Assembly: GCF_006345805.1 (NCBI RefSeq)
Contig: NC_042999.1
Coordinates: 43,896,001-43,960,000 of the forward strand
Source: Octopus sinensis
Lineage: Eukaryota
DNA: 64,000 nucleotides
Direction of reading: 5' to 3'
Shown here in pieces: positions 39,674 through 52,099 of the stretch; within the stretch, counting starts at the first letter, position 1, and the number at the start of each line of letters is the position of its first letter. A program made the translations under genes and the position numbers. The notes under the pieces were generated by a model. The model ran no database searches. It was not told the DNA's origin and saw nothing but the letters and a program-made list of their open reading frames with translations.

Positions 39674-39693
39674 CTTCCTTTAGGGAGTCAATT
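39674..39693 (-). CDS. Candidate 20-nt micro-exon
   Basis: attctttgtag|AATTGACTCCCTAAAGGAAG|gtaagt; only one open frame (IDSLKE), ending in phase 1, compatible with 28116-28171. Confidence 0.35.
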
Positions 39694-39874
39694 CTACAAA
39701 GAATGCATACCAATCTACACCAGTATACATAAATACAAACATGGATGCATACACACATACAGACACATAGAAAGACATACATGCACATATATACATATGT
39801 AGACATATGCATACAAATGTATGTACATACATAGATACATATTCAAAAATGTCTTTTAAAAATTTTCCTGATAC

Positions 39875-40288
39875 ATCATCATCATCATCATCATCATCGT
39901 TTAACGTCCGTTCTCCATGCTAGCATGGGTTGGATGGTTCGACCGGGGATCTGGGAAGCCAGAAGGCTGCACCAGGCTCCGGTCTTATCTGGCAATGTTT
40001 CTACAGCTGGATGTCCTTCCTAACGCCAACCACTCCGTGAGTGTAGTGGGTGCTTTTTACGTGCCACCTGCACTGGCGCCAGGCGAGGCTGGCATCGGCC
40101 ACGGTCGGATTGGTGCATTTTACGTGCCACCTGCACGGAAGCCAGTCGAGGCAGCACTGGCTTCAACCACGATTCGGATGGTGCTTTTTACGTGCCACTG
40201 ACACGGAAGCCAGTCGAGGCGGCGCTGGCATCGGCCACAATTTGGATAGTGCTTTTTACGTATCTCCAGTCCAGGGGTCCTGGCATCT
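39875..40288 (-). mobile_element. Family D repeat with three tandem units
   Basis: (atc)n then the reverse complement of the 37345 element. Confidence 0.85.
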
Positions 40289-40454
40289 GTTATAATATTT
40301 GAAAAAAGATTTTCTTAACTTAAAAATTATCTATTTTGTATATAAAAAAGGCTTTAAAAAATGCAAATTATCACAGACATCATGGAAAGTAGTTTTGTGT
40401 AAACACTTTTAGCTGTTTTCAGCTTTTCAAACAAACATTATAAGATAATATGTA

Positions 40455-41250
40455 TTCTTTTATTCTTTTACTTGTTTCAGTCATTTGAGTGCGGCCATGC
40501 TAGAGCACTGCCTTAAAAGGTTTTAGTTGAAGAAATTGACCCCAAGAGTTATTCTTTGTAAGCCTAGTACTTGCTCTCTCAGCCTCTTTTGCTGAACCAC
40601 TAAGTTACAGGGATGTAAATACACCAACATCGATTTGTCAAGCGATTGTGGAGGGACAAACACAGACACAAAGACACACATGAATATATAAATATATACA
40701 TACATACATATATATATATATAATAATAATATTAGGGAGTATATCCAAATTTACAGGGAAAAATTGGATTTACGATTAAATCAAATTTTACAGTATAAAT
40801 ATAAATTAAATTAGAGATAAAACCACTATTAGGCAAATCAAACAGTGAAAAACATAAACCAAAACATAAAAATAAATATAATTAATATAATATACAAAAT
40901 AAATAAAATACAAGGTTTAAAATTTAAAATTTATATTTATAAATTTTTATATTTTTATATTTTTAAATTTATAAATTTTTAAACTTTTAATTTTTTAATT
41001 AATTATTATTTTTTTTTATACTATCAAAAAGTATTAAAAAGTTTAATATAATATTGCCTAATAGTGGTTTTATCTCTAATTTATATATATACATACATAC
41101 ACACAACGGGCTTCTTTCGGGTTCTGTCTATCAAATCCACTCACAAGGCTTGAAGCTATAGTAGAAGACACTAGTGCAAGATTCCACACAGTGGGACTGA
41201 ACATGAAACCATGTGGTTGGGAAGCAAGCTTCTTACCACACAGTCACACT
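40455..41250 (-). mobile_element. Family B SINE whose central (TA)n hosts a ~350-bp AT-rich insertion with 30-bp inverted ends
   Basis: SINE halves ~40455-40700 and ~41100-41250; taaattagagataaaaccactattaggcaa at 40807-40836 and its reverse complement at 41054-41083. Confidence 0.8.
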
Positions 41251-41934
41251 GTATAAAAGCATTTGTTTTTAGTGGTGGTTTTCATTATTTCCTATTTAGA
41301 TTTACAATTATTATAAAGTACTCTTCTTTTGCCTTTTATGATTGATCAATTCCTGTCTTTATTTTGAAAAAAGGGAATACTTTGAATTTGTATGTTCCCC
41401 ATTCCCAATGTGTGTTGAGGGGATGTCCTAGTATATCCACCACCATCTCTCTTGCATGCCCATCGCTAAGGAGATGCACTGGCAGGACTACTCCCTCACT
41501 ATTCATTCATGCACACACATGTTCACTCTACCTTAGCATTAATTACAAATTAGTGCCTAAACAGAATATTCTGAAGCACCCCACCAAAGTCTGGTGATGG
41601 CCCTATTCTCTTGCTGTAATCAAATGAAATTCTGAATGTTATGGTATTTAAATTGGACTATGAAATAATACACAATAAACCTAATTATTTTCATTGAATT
41701 CAAAATGTAAAAAGATGTAAACAAAAACAAGTCATTCCATTTATTGTGTCATCAACTGTTTTAATAAGGGTTTCAAATTTTGGCAGTGGGTCAGCAGTCT
41801 TTTTAGGGGAGAAAGAAGTTGATTATATCAACCCTGGTACTTTACTGGTACTTATTTTATTGACCTCCAAAAGGGCGAAAGGCAAAGACAACCTCAGTGG
41901 AATTTGAACTCAGGAATGGACAAACTTGTTAATA

Positions 41935-43029
41935 TGACTGGTATGTCCTGGAGTTCCTGGCTGTGAATTTTGAGCAAGGAATTGTGAATGAAAAGCATTG
42001 TAGCAAAATTTGTGTGTTACCTGCACGTGGAAGATCAAAAGCAGTCACAACTGAATGCATATCATGAACTGAAAGAACAGTTGGAAAGTGATCCAGACTT
42101 TTCTTCAAAGGTCATCACTAGAGACAAAAGCTGCTGCTACAGCTACAACCTGGAAAGATGGTTGCAATCAAGTCAATGGAAACAATGTAAGTCATTAAGG
42201 CGGTGATCTGGCAGAAACGTTAGCATGCCGGGCGAAATAGTGGTATTTCGTCTGCCGCTACGTTCTGAGTTCAAATTCCGCCATGGTCAACTTTGCCTTT
42301 CATCCTTTCAGGGTCAATGAATTAAGTACCAGTTATGCACTGGGGTCAATGTAATCGACTTAATCTCTTTGTCTGCCCTTGTTTGTCCCCTCTGTGTTTA
42401 GCCCCTTGTGGGCAATAAAGAAATAGGAAACATTCAATGTCATCACACTCCCAAAGGTGTGTCAAGTGAAATCCAATGTCAAGACTATGCTGGTTTGTTT
42501 GATCAATGCGAAAGGAATTGTTCACACAGAATTTGTTCCTCCTGGTCAAACTGTTAACCAGCCATTTTACTTGGTAGTTCTGAAGTGTTTGTGAGATGCA
42601 GTAAGATGAAAACACCACAACCTGCAACAAAGTGGAGAGTGGTGGTTTCATCACAATAGTGTACCTGCACACACTGCCTTGAGTGTGAGACAGTTTTTGA
42701 CCAAAAATGACATGACCCCCATTTACCCACCATCCCTATTCATCCAATCTTACTCCTTGTGACATTTTTGTGTTCCCCTGAATGAAAAACGTCTTTAAAG
42801 GAAAACGTTTTGGAGATGTGGAAGAGGTCAAGAAAAATAATGACAGAGGTGTTAAAAGGCATCACTTTGCAAGCATTGCAGGACTGCTTTGAACAGTGGA
42901 AAACACACCTGGTCTGATGCATTGCTTCAAATGGAGAATACTTTGAAGGCGATAAAAGTATAAACATGTAAGGCTAAATGAATAAAATAATATTGCAAAA
43001 TTCCAGTTTCTTTTGGGTACCCCCTTTTA
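41935..43029 (+). mobile_element. Degenerate mariner (DD34D-type) transposon, 3' two-thirds, interrupted by a SINE
   Basis: AKFVCYL..EDQKQ..DPDFSSKVITRDKS..QSSQWK; KTMLV..KGIVHTEFVPPGQTVNQPFY; HHNSVPAHTALSVRQFL; PYSSNLTPCDIFVFP; CIASNGEYFEGDK; TIR-like end ttcttttgggtaccccc. Multiple stops. Confidence 0.9.
42198..42425 (+). mobile_element. Young OK-like SINE inside the mariner
   Basis: Full family A copy with the gccccttgtgggcaataaagaaata tail. Confidence 0.9.
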
Positions 43030-43039
43030 TAATATTCTT

Positions 43040-44940
43040 AAATGGATGCAAAGGCAGATAATGAGACTAGACAGAAAAAAAAACAAGAAAATTTATACAC
43101 CAACCAAAATTTGACATAGAAAGATTATAGTTACCATAAATACAGGGAGATAAGCTGGGTTGCCTTAAAAGTTTTTTAGACCCTTGTCAGGCATACACAC
43201 ACGATGTACCAGGACCGCTATGTGTATTTACTGAAAGCAAGTTACAGCATATATAGAGTAGCACTGGGTTCTTGAACCAGTGAAGGCCATAGGTAATTAC
43301 CCAGGGTACCCATGGCTTAAGATGGTTCTTGAGGTAGGAGTTTTATACAACTAGGAATCTATAATAAAATAACTATTGTAGGACTACAAAAATATCTTAT
43401 AAAGAACAAATTGAAAACTAATATAAATAGCTACAAAACATAATCAAAATAAAAATTATGCTTTCTTTCTTCAAGGAAGTGAAGAAATATGATAAAATAA
43501 AGAAGTTGAAGTGACAGATACTTGTAAAGAGAAAGGAGAAACAGCAATAGAAATGCTGGAAAATGATAGAAACTAATCCAAAAATAGGGATACAGATGGC
43601 CATACTAAAACAATATGAACAATATGAAAAGCTCCAACATGATTATTATCAGAGTGGAAATAGACAAAGAAAAAAAATATTCTAAGCACTGATTGAGAAG
43701 CACAGAGCTCATCTGACTTGGCTTTGATCAAAACTTTCTCACACGTAACTATTGAAACTATGCAATGAAGCAGAATACATTAAGTATAGAAATATGTGGT
43801 GTGTGGGAAGAAACATTTCAGTACCTTATTTCTAGTTATTCAGTCTTAGATAAGAAACAATAACATCTACAGGTACAATTGTCGTTGGGTCCCTTGTACA
43901 CTGGAAATTATGCTAGCATTATGAAATGCCGACAAAAATACAGTAGTCTAAACATTCTCAAAAGAAGGTCTACAAAGCAACCACACTCCTAGATGTACAA
44001 ATTTTCTCACATATACAGAGGAAGATCGAAGCCAAATGGCCAGGTATTGTTGTAAAGGTTCACCTTGAAAAGATGTGCCACCTGTCAGAAGTACTATCAC
44101 CAATGTATGATGGTCTCTGAAGGAAATGGAAAAATTATCAAAATATAAAGATATAGAAATAGAGATGACCAGAATATTGGAACCAAAAACAGAAACAGTG
44201 CCTATAATGGTTTCAAATTTTGGCACAAGGCCGGCAATTTTAGTGGGAGTAGCTTAGTCAGTTATATTGACCTCACTACTGGACTAAAAGGCGGCGAGCT
44301 GGCAGAAACGTTAGCACGCCGGGCGAAATGCTTAGCGGTATTTCGTCTGCGTTATGTTGTGAGTTCAAATTCTGCCGAGGTCGACTTTGCCTTTCATCCT
44401 TTTGAGGTCGATAAATTAAGTACCAGTTACGCACTGGGGTCGATGTAATCGACTTAATACCTATGTCTGTCCTTGTTTGTCCCCTCTGTGTTTAGCCCCA
44501 CGTGGGTAATAAAGAAATAGGTATTTTATTTTATCAACCGCAAAAGGATATCAGGTAAAGTTGGTTACAGAGGGATTCGAACTCACAATGTAAAGAGAGG
44601 AAAGAAATGCAGCAAAGCATTTTGTCTGGTATGGTAATGATTTTGCCAGCTCCCTACAGGTGAGATGAGGTGTGGGGCATGTGCCATTGCAGTGTGTTGC
44701 TCTATTCATCATTTCTCGGTATATTCCCAGGTCCTCACAAGCAATCTGTTGAGCAGAGTCCTAATCAGTCCCCATTTCTGTGAGATATCACCTCATCTGT
44801 TGTGACCATGTGATTCCCATCCATTCACCAACAATTCTTATAATAGGAGATCCCTTTGGAACATCTAATGAAATCCCAAGGACTTACCAAAAGATAACAG
44901 TTCTCACACATATTATGCAGAGTACATTCAATACAACAGA
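43040..44940 (+). mobile_element. Fragmented R4/Dong-like LINE (RT thumb to endonuclease), interrupted by SINEs
   Basis: KFDIERL*LP (~43110); VGSLVHWKLC*HY, KIEAKWPGIVVK, SLKEMEKLSKYKDIEIEMTRILEPKTETVPIMV (43880-44212); QKITVLTHIMQ (~44890). Confidence 0.65.
44290..44519 (+). mobile_element. Young OK-like SINE nested in an antisense older copy (44213-44655)
   Basis: CpG-intact full copy followed by ggtattttattttatcaaccg of the host SINE. Confidence 0.9.
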
Positions 44941-45520
44941 AAATATAAAACCAAAACAATACACTGTTGCTCATAACTAAAGTGAACAAAGCAGTACTTT
45001 ATTGTGAAGTGAAAGCATGCAATAAAAATAAAACTACAGATGAATATTAACATAAACATAAGACCACTTACTGGTTTTGTGAGAAATCACAATTGGTTAA
45101 TCTTTTACTGAATATACATTACATTACAATTGTCAAAATAACTTTCACATATATTTTGCTGTTTTGTATTATACATTTTTCCCATAAGTGGTTGAATAAA
45201 TGCAAAAATTGTGTTTATATTTGTTCTCTTTTAAATCTATCTTCTCAGGTTGGCATGAGTCATTACAACTCAAGAAATCAAAATACATCTTTGTTATTTG
45301 TACTTTGAGCAAAGTGTCCAATGGCTCATTATTGACCATAAATACAAAGAATTTTATTATATTATCATTTCTTTTTGTTCTATAATTTCGTTCAGACATG
45401 GCTGTCAGATTAAGAAGTTTGCCTTTCAACCATGGGGTGTGGGGTTCAATCTGAGGGAAGGCCTTACTCTCTTAGGTTTTGAATTGTCATTGATGCTTCT
45501 GTACCTTTGCTTTTTTCTAG

Positions 45521-45655
45521 GCAAATCCATTTTTACGCCTGGGAAGAAGTGATCCGTATTAGTCAGGCCTCTGGCCTCTGTCCTGTGATTAATCCAGCAC
45601 AGGAGGCCTTAGAAAGAGCTCACACTCTGCTGGCGCAGCTCTCAGTATCACTGAG
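45521..45655 (+). CDS. Candidate 135-nt symmetric (phase 2-2) exon
   Basis: ctttgcttttttctag acceptor; open frame QIHFYAWEEVIRISQASGLCPVINPAQEALERAHTLLAQLSVSL; GC-rich relative to flanks; donor gtatac is weak. Confidence 0.3.
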
Positions 45656-46171
45656 GTATACATGTCACCACATCACAATAAAAACTGAATTTTGTGGTGG
45701 TTTCATCCTTTCATGGCCAATAAATAAAATAACAATCAAACACATGGACTGATTTTTCTTCCTCATCTCTTCCCCTCTATCCCACTAACAAAATAATTTT
45801 CAGTATTTAGTTATGTACTTTTACACCCTTAATACAAATCCTACAAAGGAGATTTGTCTTTCAGCCTTCTGCATGAAACAAGGGAGAAAATAAATACCAA
45901 TCAAATACCAGGGTACAGTTTTGATTGCTTCTTTTCTTCTCAAATGTGTGTTGTGCATTTGTTAGAACTCAATGTTTAAGTAATACTTACATGAAGATAT
46001 GGCTGCATGGTCAGGAGGTTTGCTTCCCAACTACATGGTCTTGACTTCAGTCCTATGGTGTGGCAGCCTAGCGAAGTGTCTTCAGTTATAACCCCAGGCA
46101 AACTAAAACCTTGTGATTGGGTCTGGTAAACAGAAACTGAAAGAAGCTTGCTACACACACACATTATTTTA

Positions 46172-46316
46172 GTTGAGTCAGTCTCTTGCCACTCTGAGTT
46201 TCACTTGTGTATGCACAGGATCTTCTGACATATTATGTCTTGCCTAATGTCATCACTTACCTGAAGATTCTCTACATCTACTGGTTAAACTCAGAGTAGC
46301 AAGAGACTGACTCAAC
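46172..46316. repeat. Short foldback element (~145 bp)
   Basis: gttgagtcagtctcttgccactctgagttt pairs with aaactcagagtagcaagagactgactcaac; imperfect pairing continues to ~60 bp per arm. Confidence 0.8.
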
Positions 46317-46629
46317 CAAAATATAACATATTACTAATCTCTACTAAGATGGTGAGCTAGCAGAATCATTAGCACATAGCACAAAATGCTTAATGGTATT
46401 TCATCCATCAATATGTTCTGAGTTCAAATTCTGCCAAAGCCGGCTTTGCCTTTCATCCTTTCAGGGACAATAAAATAAATAATAGTCAAGCACTTGGGAC
46501 AATGTAATTGACTTATCCTTTCCCCTCAAAAATTGTTGGCACAGTGCAAAAAATTTGAAACCATTATTAATCTTTACTATGCTATTTTGTAATTATTTTC
46601 TGACTGTCAATACTAAATGAATATATGTA

Positions 46630-46751
<122 letters not shown>

Positions 46752-46969
46752 GCATGGCTGTGTGGTTAGGGAGCTTGCTTCTTAGCTACATGGTTTCGGG
46801 TTCAGTCCCACTGCGTGGCACTTTGGGTAGGTGTCTTCCACTATAGCCCCGAGCCGACTGGAGCTTTGTGATTGAATTCGGTAGGTGGAAGTTACTGCCG
46901 TTGTGTATGTGTGCGTATAGCTGCTCAGTGCCTCTCCGAAAGAGAGAGAGGGGATATATATATATATAT

Positions 46970-48060
46970 AATCAAAATAAGTAACAGGATTTCAAGTAGT
47001 AATACAGAACGATCGTTTTAAGCGGTTCCATTTAAGTGAACAGTGCAATCATTGCATCAATTTAAATACAGTGCTATCTTCAGCTGCATAAATATGGATT
47101 TTCAACAGACAAGATATATTAATATAATTTTTCTTAAATATTTTAAGAAAGCAAGAGGATGGAATAAATTCATGTTGTCACTATTGTAGCAGAGAATAAC
47201 AGACTACAATTTTTAGAGTGGCATGGAACACAGTGGAGGTCATAGGGTTGTAATTCATTTCCAATTTATCTATCTCCTTATCATCAACAAAAATCTAAGA
47301 CTAGAAGACTGTGTATATTTAGAATAAAGGGCAAAGTGAGTTGATAGCTCCTAACTGGCTGTTGGTCATAAATTTCAGACTGTCGTAGATACCCCTCAAC
47401 CCACAAGAAAAAGAAACAAAACTTTAGGAAGAGTCAATTAGATAGTAGTAAATATTTATAAAAGAGGTAGGGTAGGGACTGACATTAGTTCATGATGTTG
47501 TTACCAGTTAACTGGACAGACTCTATGAAACTTAGGATGCTACAATGAGATCCAGGAAAACATTAGGGACTTAGTAGGAGAAAGTTTATAAACAATATAG
47601 AATGTATAGAAAGGTGGAAGAAAAACTAATGATGGTGATTTATAATGAATTAAAAATCATGTAAGAAGAAATAATTTAAGTAATTGTGTTTACATAATAA
47701 CAAAATAATTCAAGGTTATAGATAGTTATTATTTTATGGTATGACAGCAGATGTATGATTTTTAATCATTTAATTTCTAAATGTGTAAAACTTTAATGAT
47801 TCATTAAGACAGGTCAGTACAGGATAATAAGATTTGCCCCTTATTTCATACATGAAGTAAGTTTAAGGCATACTAACTAATCTCTTCTCTTAGTTGCATC
47901 ATTTTAAGAAAGTCGTTCATTTATAATCCCACCGTGTACTAGCTGTTTGCAATGGGTTGTTAAATGTTGAGCTTTGTGGTGTAAGATTAGCTAGCTGATG
48001 AAAGCAAAACAAGCCCTTAAGGAGAAGGGACTGATATATTTATATTTAGTTATTATGCAG
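46970..48060 (-). mobile_element. Possible degenerate Penelope-like element
   Basis: Abuts (TA)n; decayed hammerhead at 47002-47089; frameshifted QLTG...M..NVSP near 47475-47515 resembles the PLE RT motif Q..GTAMGT..APTY. Confidence 0.35.
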
Positions 48061-48438
48061 ATACTCCTCACTAATCCTGAATATAATGACTTGAGAAGAA
48101 AAACAAAAAAAAAAAAAACAGTGGAAACACGTGTGAAATATTTCAGAAAACTTGAGTATACACAATGATCCCCACACATATATGTGTGAATGAATATATA
48201 TATATATATATATAGATAGATAGATATTCCTGTATGTTATATTTTAATAATTACTGGTATCTTTATATATTAATATATTTTATATGTAAAGCATAATATG
48301 TTATACATGTATGTATATTCTTGTAATTGACATTTTAGTAAATAAATAAATAAGTTGACATAATGTAATGTCTAAAATTTGATGAACCACCTATTGATCC
48401 CCTCCATTTTCTTATTGCTCTCTCTCTCTAGATATATA

Positions 48439-48766
48439 AAAAAAGACTCCGCCGGTTACGACGACGAGGGTCCCAGCTGATACGATCAACGGAACAGCTT
48501 GCTCGTGAAATTAACGTGCAAATGGCTGAGCATTCCACAGACACGTGTACCCTTAACGTAGTTCTCGGGGAAAATCAGCGTGACACAGAGAGTGACAAGG
48601 CTGACCCTTTGAAATACAAGTACAACTCATTTTTGCCAGCTGAGTGGACTGGAGCAACGTGAAATAAAGTGTCTTGCTCAGGGACACAACGCGTCGCTGG
48701 GAATCGAACTCACAACCTTACGATCATGAGCCGAATGCCCTAACCACTAAGCCACGCGCCCTCACT
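48439..48766 (-). mobile_element. OR2-like tRNA-derived CORE-SINE with TSD
   Basis: A box tggcttagtgg, B box gagttcgattcc, CORE-like gtccctgagcaagacact; shares its 3' half with 51059-51445; TSD tctctagatatata at 48425-48438 and 48767-48780. Confidence 0.88.
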
Positions 48767-48844
48767 TCTCTAGATATATATATATATATATACATTATAT
48801 ATATATATATATTATATATATATATAATAATATATATTATATAT

Positions 48845-48878
<34 letters not shown>

Positions 48879-48882
48879 ATAT

Positions 48883-48931
<49 letters not shown>

Positions 48932-49046
48932 TATATATATATACATATGTATGATCTGAATGATATGATATATATGTAAAAAATGTAATATATAAATAAA
49001 TATCTATAAATATGAACCATCCGATCTGATTACCTCATTTTTTCTA

Positions 49047-49127
<81 letters not shown>

Positions 49128-50224
49128 ATGTATATATATATATATATATATATATGTAGGTATGTATGTGTATGCATATATATACATAGATAGATAGATA
49201 TAGATATAGATATATATTAATATATATAACTATCTACAAACATACGTATATCATCATCATCATATTTAAAGTCCGTTTTTCAAGCTGGCATGGGTCAGAT
49301 GTCTTGACAGGAACTGGTAAGGCCAGGGGCTGCACTAAATTCCTTAGTCTGTTTTTGCTTGGTTCCTAGGGTTGGATACCCTTCCTAACACCAACCGCTT
49401 CACAGAGAGTGCTGGGTGTTTTTATGTAGCACCATCATCAGTCCTTTTTTAAGTGGCACCAACACCAGTGCTTTTTACATGGCACCAGCAATATATACGT
49501 GTGTGCGTGCATGTGTGTGAGTGAGTGAGTGTGTGTGTGTGTGTGTGTGTATATTTGATTAATGAGAGATATGGAAGATGGAAGATACAAGAATGTTTAT
49601 TGATCACTACAATTGTTTTGACCCATCTAGCATCGATTCCTCATGGGTGGGATACTGAACTAGAGTACTTGAGCCATCAATAATCTTTTCTATAGTATAC
49701 CAATAGTATATCTATTGTGTCGGCAGTGTGCTGGCAGAATTGTTAGCATGCTGAGCAAAATGTTTAGTGGCAATTTCATCTGTCTTTATGTACTGAGTTC
49801 AAATTCCTCCAAGGTCAACAGTGCTTTTCACCCTTTCATGGTTAATAAAATAATTACTAGTTGAACATTGGGGTCAATATAATCAACTTAACTACTCCTG
49901 GGTAAGAATATAAAAAAACTGCATCTCTCTGCCAAGCTATGTTGAGCCAATGTGACAGAATAGCCTCATCAAACCGGTATTATCTCAAGCTCAAACTCAC
50001 GATCTCCACATCAAACTGTGGTTGGTGGAGAGAATATGCTGAGGCCATCGTCCTACAGTGGACTGAACATATGCAATCCAATCCAATCCAATATTTATTG
50101 TATCAACACTAATTCAAAACAGTGGAGGTAAAAACATAATTTAGTAAGGTATCAGCTATCTCTTCTGCTTTTGCTTGCTTGAGCCCTCAACTTCTGATTG
50201 AGTAATAAGGGTGTCACTGTGACA

Positions 50225-50400
50225 TTTTGTAACTACTGTTCTACTCCTAAATTGTCGTCTATCCATTCCTTCAATTTGTCCATCCCTCTTTTCTTCTCTT
50301 CATCAACTTTTTTCCTCTCCAGTGGTTCCTTGAAAAAATGGTCATTGCAAGACAACTGGATCTTGTTACATGGTCATGCTTTCTCAGCATTCTGCTCTTT
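50225..50400 (-). mobile_element. Degenerate RTE-clade LINE 3' coding end
   Basis: HVTRSSCLAMTIF(Q)GTTG...RREEKR...KEWI resembles GHVTR...LAKTILQGTVEG.RRRGR.KKRW..NIKEW. Confidence 0.55.
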
Positions 50401-50696
50401 ATGAAGAATTAAAATATTTATCTTAAAATATTAGAAGAAATATTGATTTCAAATTTTGGCACAAGGCCAGAAATTTGGGGGAAGAGGGTAAATCGATTAA
50501 ATTGACCCCACTGCTCAACTGGTACTTATGCTATCAACTCCGAAAGGATGAAATGCAAAGTTGACTTCAACAGAATTTGGACTCAACATAAAGATGGATA
50601 AAATGCCATTAAGCACTTTGCCCAATGAGCTAACAATTCTGTAGGTTCACTGCTCTGATTGGAAGAAATATTGGTTGTTCAACTTGGTGCAATTAA

Positions 50697-50904
50697 CCCT
50701 TTAGCATTTAAACTGGCCATACCTGGCCAAAATATTCTTGTTTAATGTTCTGGTCTTTTACACTTACTCTACTCTACAATATCATACTAAATGTAAACAA
50801 TCATGTCATTGAAATTTCAAAGCTACAAGATAATGTATGATTAATTCAAGGGAATATTAATAAATATACATTATATTTACAAGAATAATCTAAATGCTAA
50901 AGGG
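50697..50904. mobile_element. piggyBac-type MITE
   Basis: TTAA|ccctttagcattta ... taaatgctaaaggg|TTGA. Confidence 0.8.
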
Positions 50905-51058
50905 TTGATAATATAATGAAAACTTCAATGAGCAATAATTTTCTGGACAAAATCAGTAATCCAAAGTTAATTTTTATGAGCCAATTAGGGAGCCCTTATC
51001 TCATTACTTAATCTGCAGGAAATAGCAGCCACATCCCTCTCAAGTATACTTACAATGT

Positions 51059-51445
51059 AGTGGAGGCGCAATGGCCCAGTGGTTAGGGCAGCGGACTCGC
51101 GGTCGGAGGATCGCGGTTTCGATTCCCAGACCGGGCGTTGTGAGTGTTTATTGAGCGAAAACACCTAAAGCTCCACGAGGCTCCGGCAGGGATGGTGGTG
51201 ATCCCTGCTGTACTCTTTCACCACAACTTTCACTCACTCTTACTTCCTGTTTCTGTTGTACCTGTATTTCAAAGGGCCGGCCTTGTCACTCTCTGTGTCA
51301 CGCTGAATATCCCCGAGAACTACGTTAAGGGTACACGTGTCTGTGGAGTGCTCAGCCACTTACACGTTAATTTCACGAGCAGGCTGTTCCGTTGATCGGA
51401 TCAACTGGAACCCTCGTCGTCGTAACCGACGGAGTGCTTCCATCC
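51059..51445 (+). mobile_element. OR1-like tRNA-derived SINE with 11-bp TSD
   Basis: Head ggaggcgcaatggcccagtggttagggcagcgg...ggtttcgattccc; TSD acttacaatgt at 51048-51058 and 51446-51456. Confidence 0.9.
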
Positions 51446-52099
51446 ACTTACAATGTTGAAAACAGAAAGAACATGTTAGATAATGTAGTCCTAAGTACTC
51501 CTGAAAAGACTTGACAGCCATGGTTCATGGTTGGTATGCCTTTGATCATAGATCAGAATGAACATAGCAAGGTAGGAGAAGGAGTAGCGTTAAACAACAG
51601 TTTTATTTTTAAATGGTTCAATTCCAGTATGTACTGCTACATAGGAATAACTAACTCAACTGCATAGTTTTTAATCACTCAGTGGTAACACTGTAAAATT
51701 GACAAGCCATTCATCAACCTGTTTCAAACAAGAGTTTCCTTGATACAGTGATCAGACTGATACTAATGACAGGCTGTATTGCTGCTCACAGTGTAGCTAA
51801 AGATTAGACTCACACCCCACTGCATTCTATATTTAACCCATTTTAATTAATTTTGAGGTTGTGTCCCCTGCCTTGTTTGATCAGAATTAGTAAATTAAAT
51901 AATGATTGTTTACAAGAGTGCAATTTAATTTCTAAGCTTACTATACTACATCAAGTATGCCAGTAATCTCTTTATTAATCAAATAATCAGCTAACTCTAA
52001 TATTTGAGTGAACTGACATTCAGGGAACTCATACTCTTTCTTGGAAGTACAGAAAGAGGCACAGAAAAACACTTCTTCCTATATGTGTGAGTATATATA

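Noticed and set aside
49028-49037. 10-nt micro-exon that could supply an ATG to the minus-strand gene model
   Set aside because: No polypyrimidine tract, lies between (TA)n runs; probably chance.
51062-51135. Additional tRNA genes at SINE heads
   Set aside because: A/B boxes are present but they continue into SINE bodies with TSDs.
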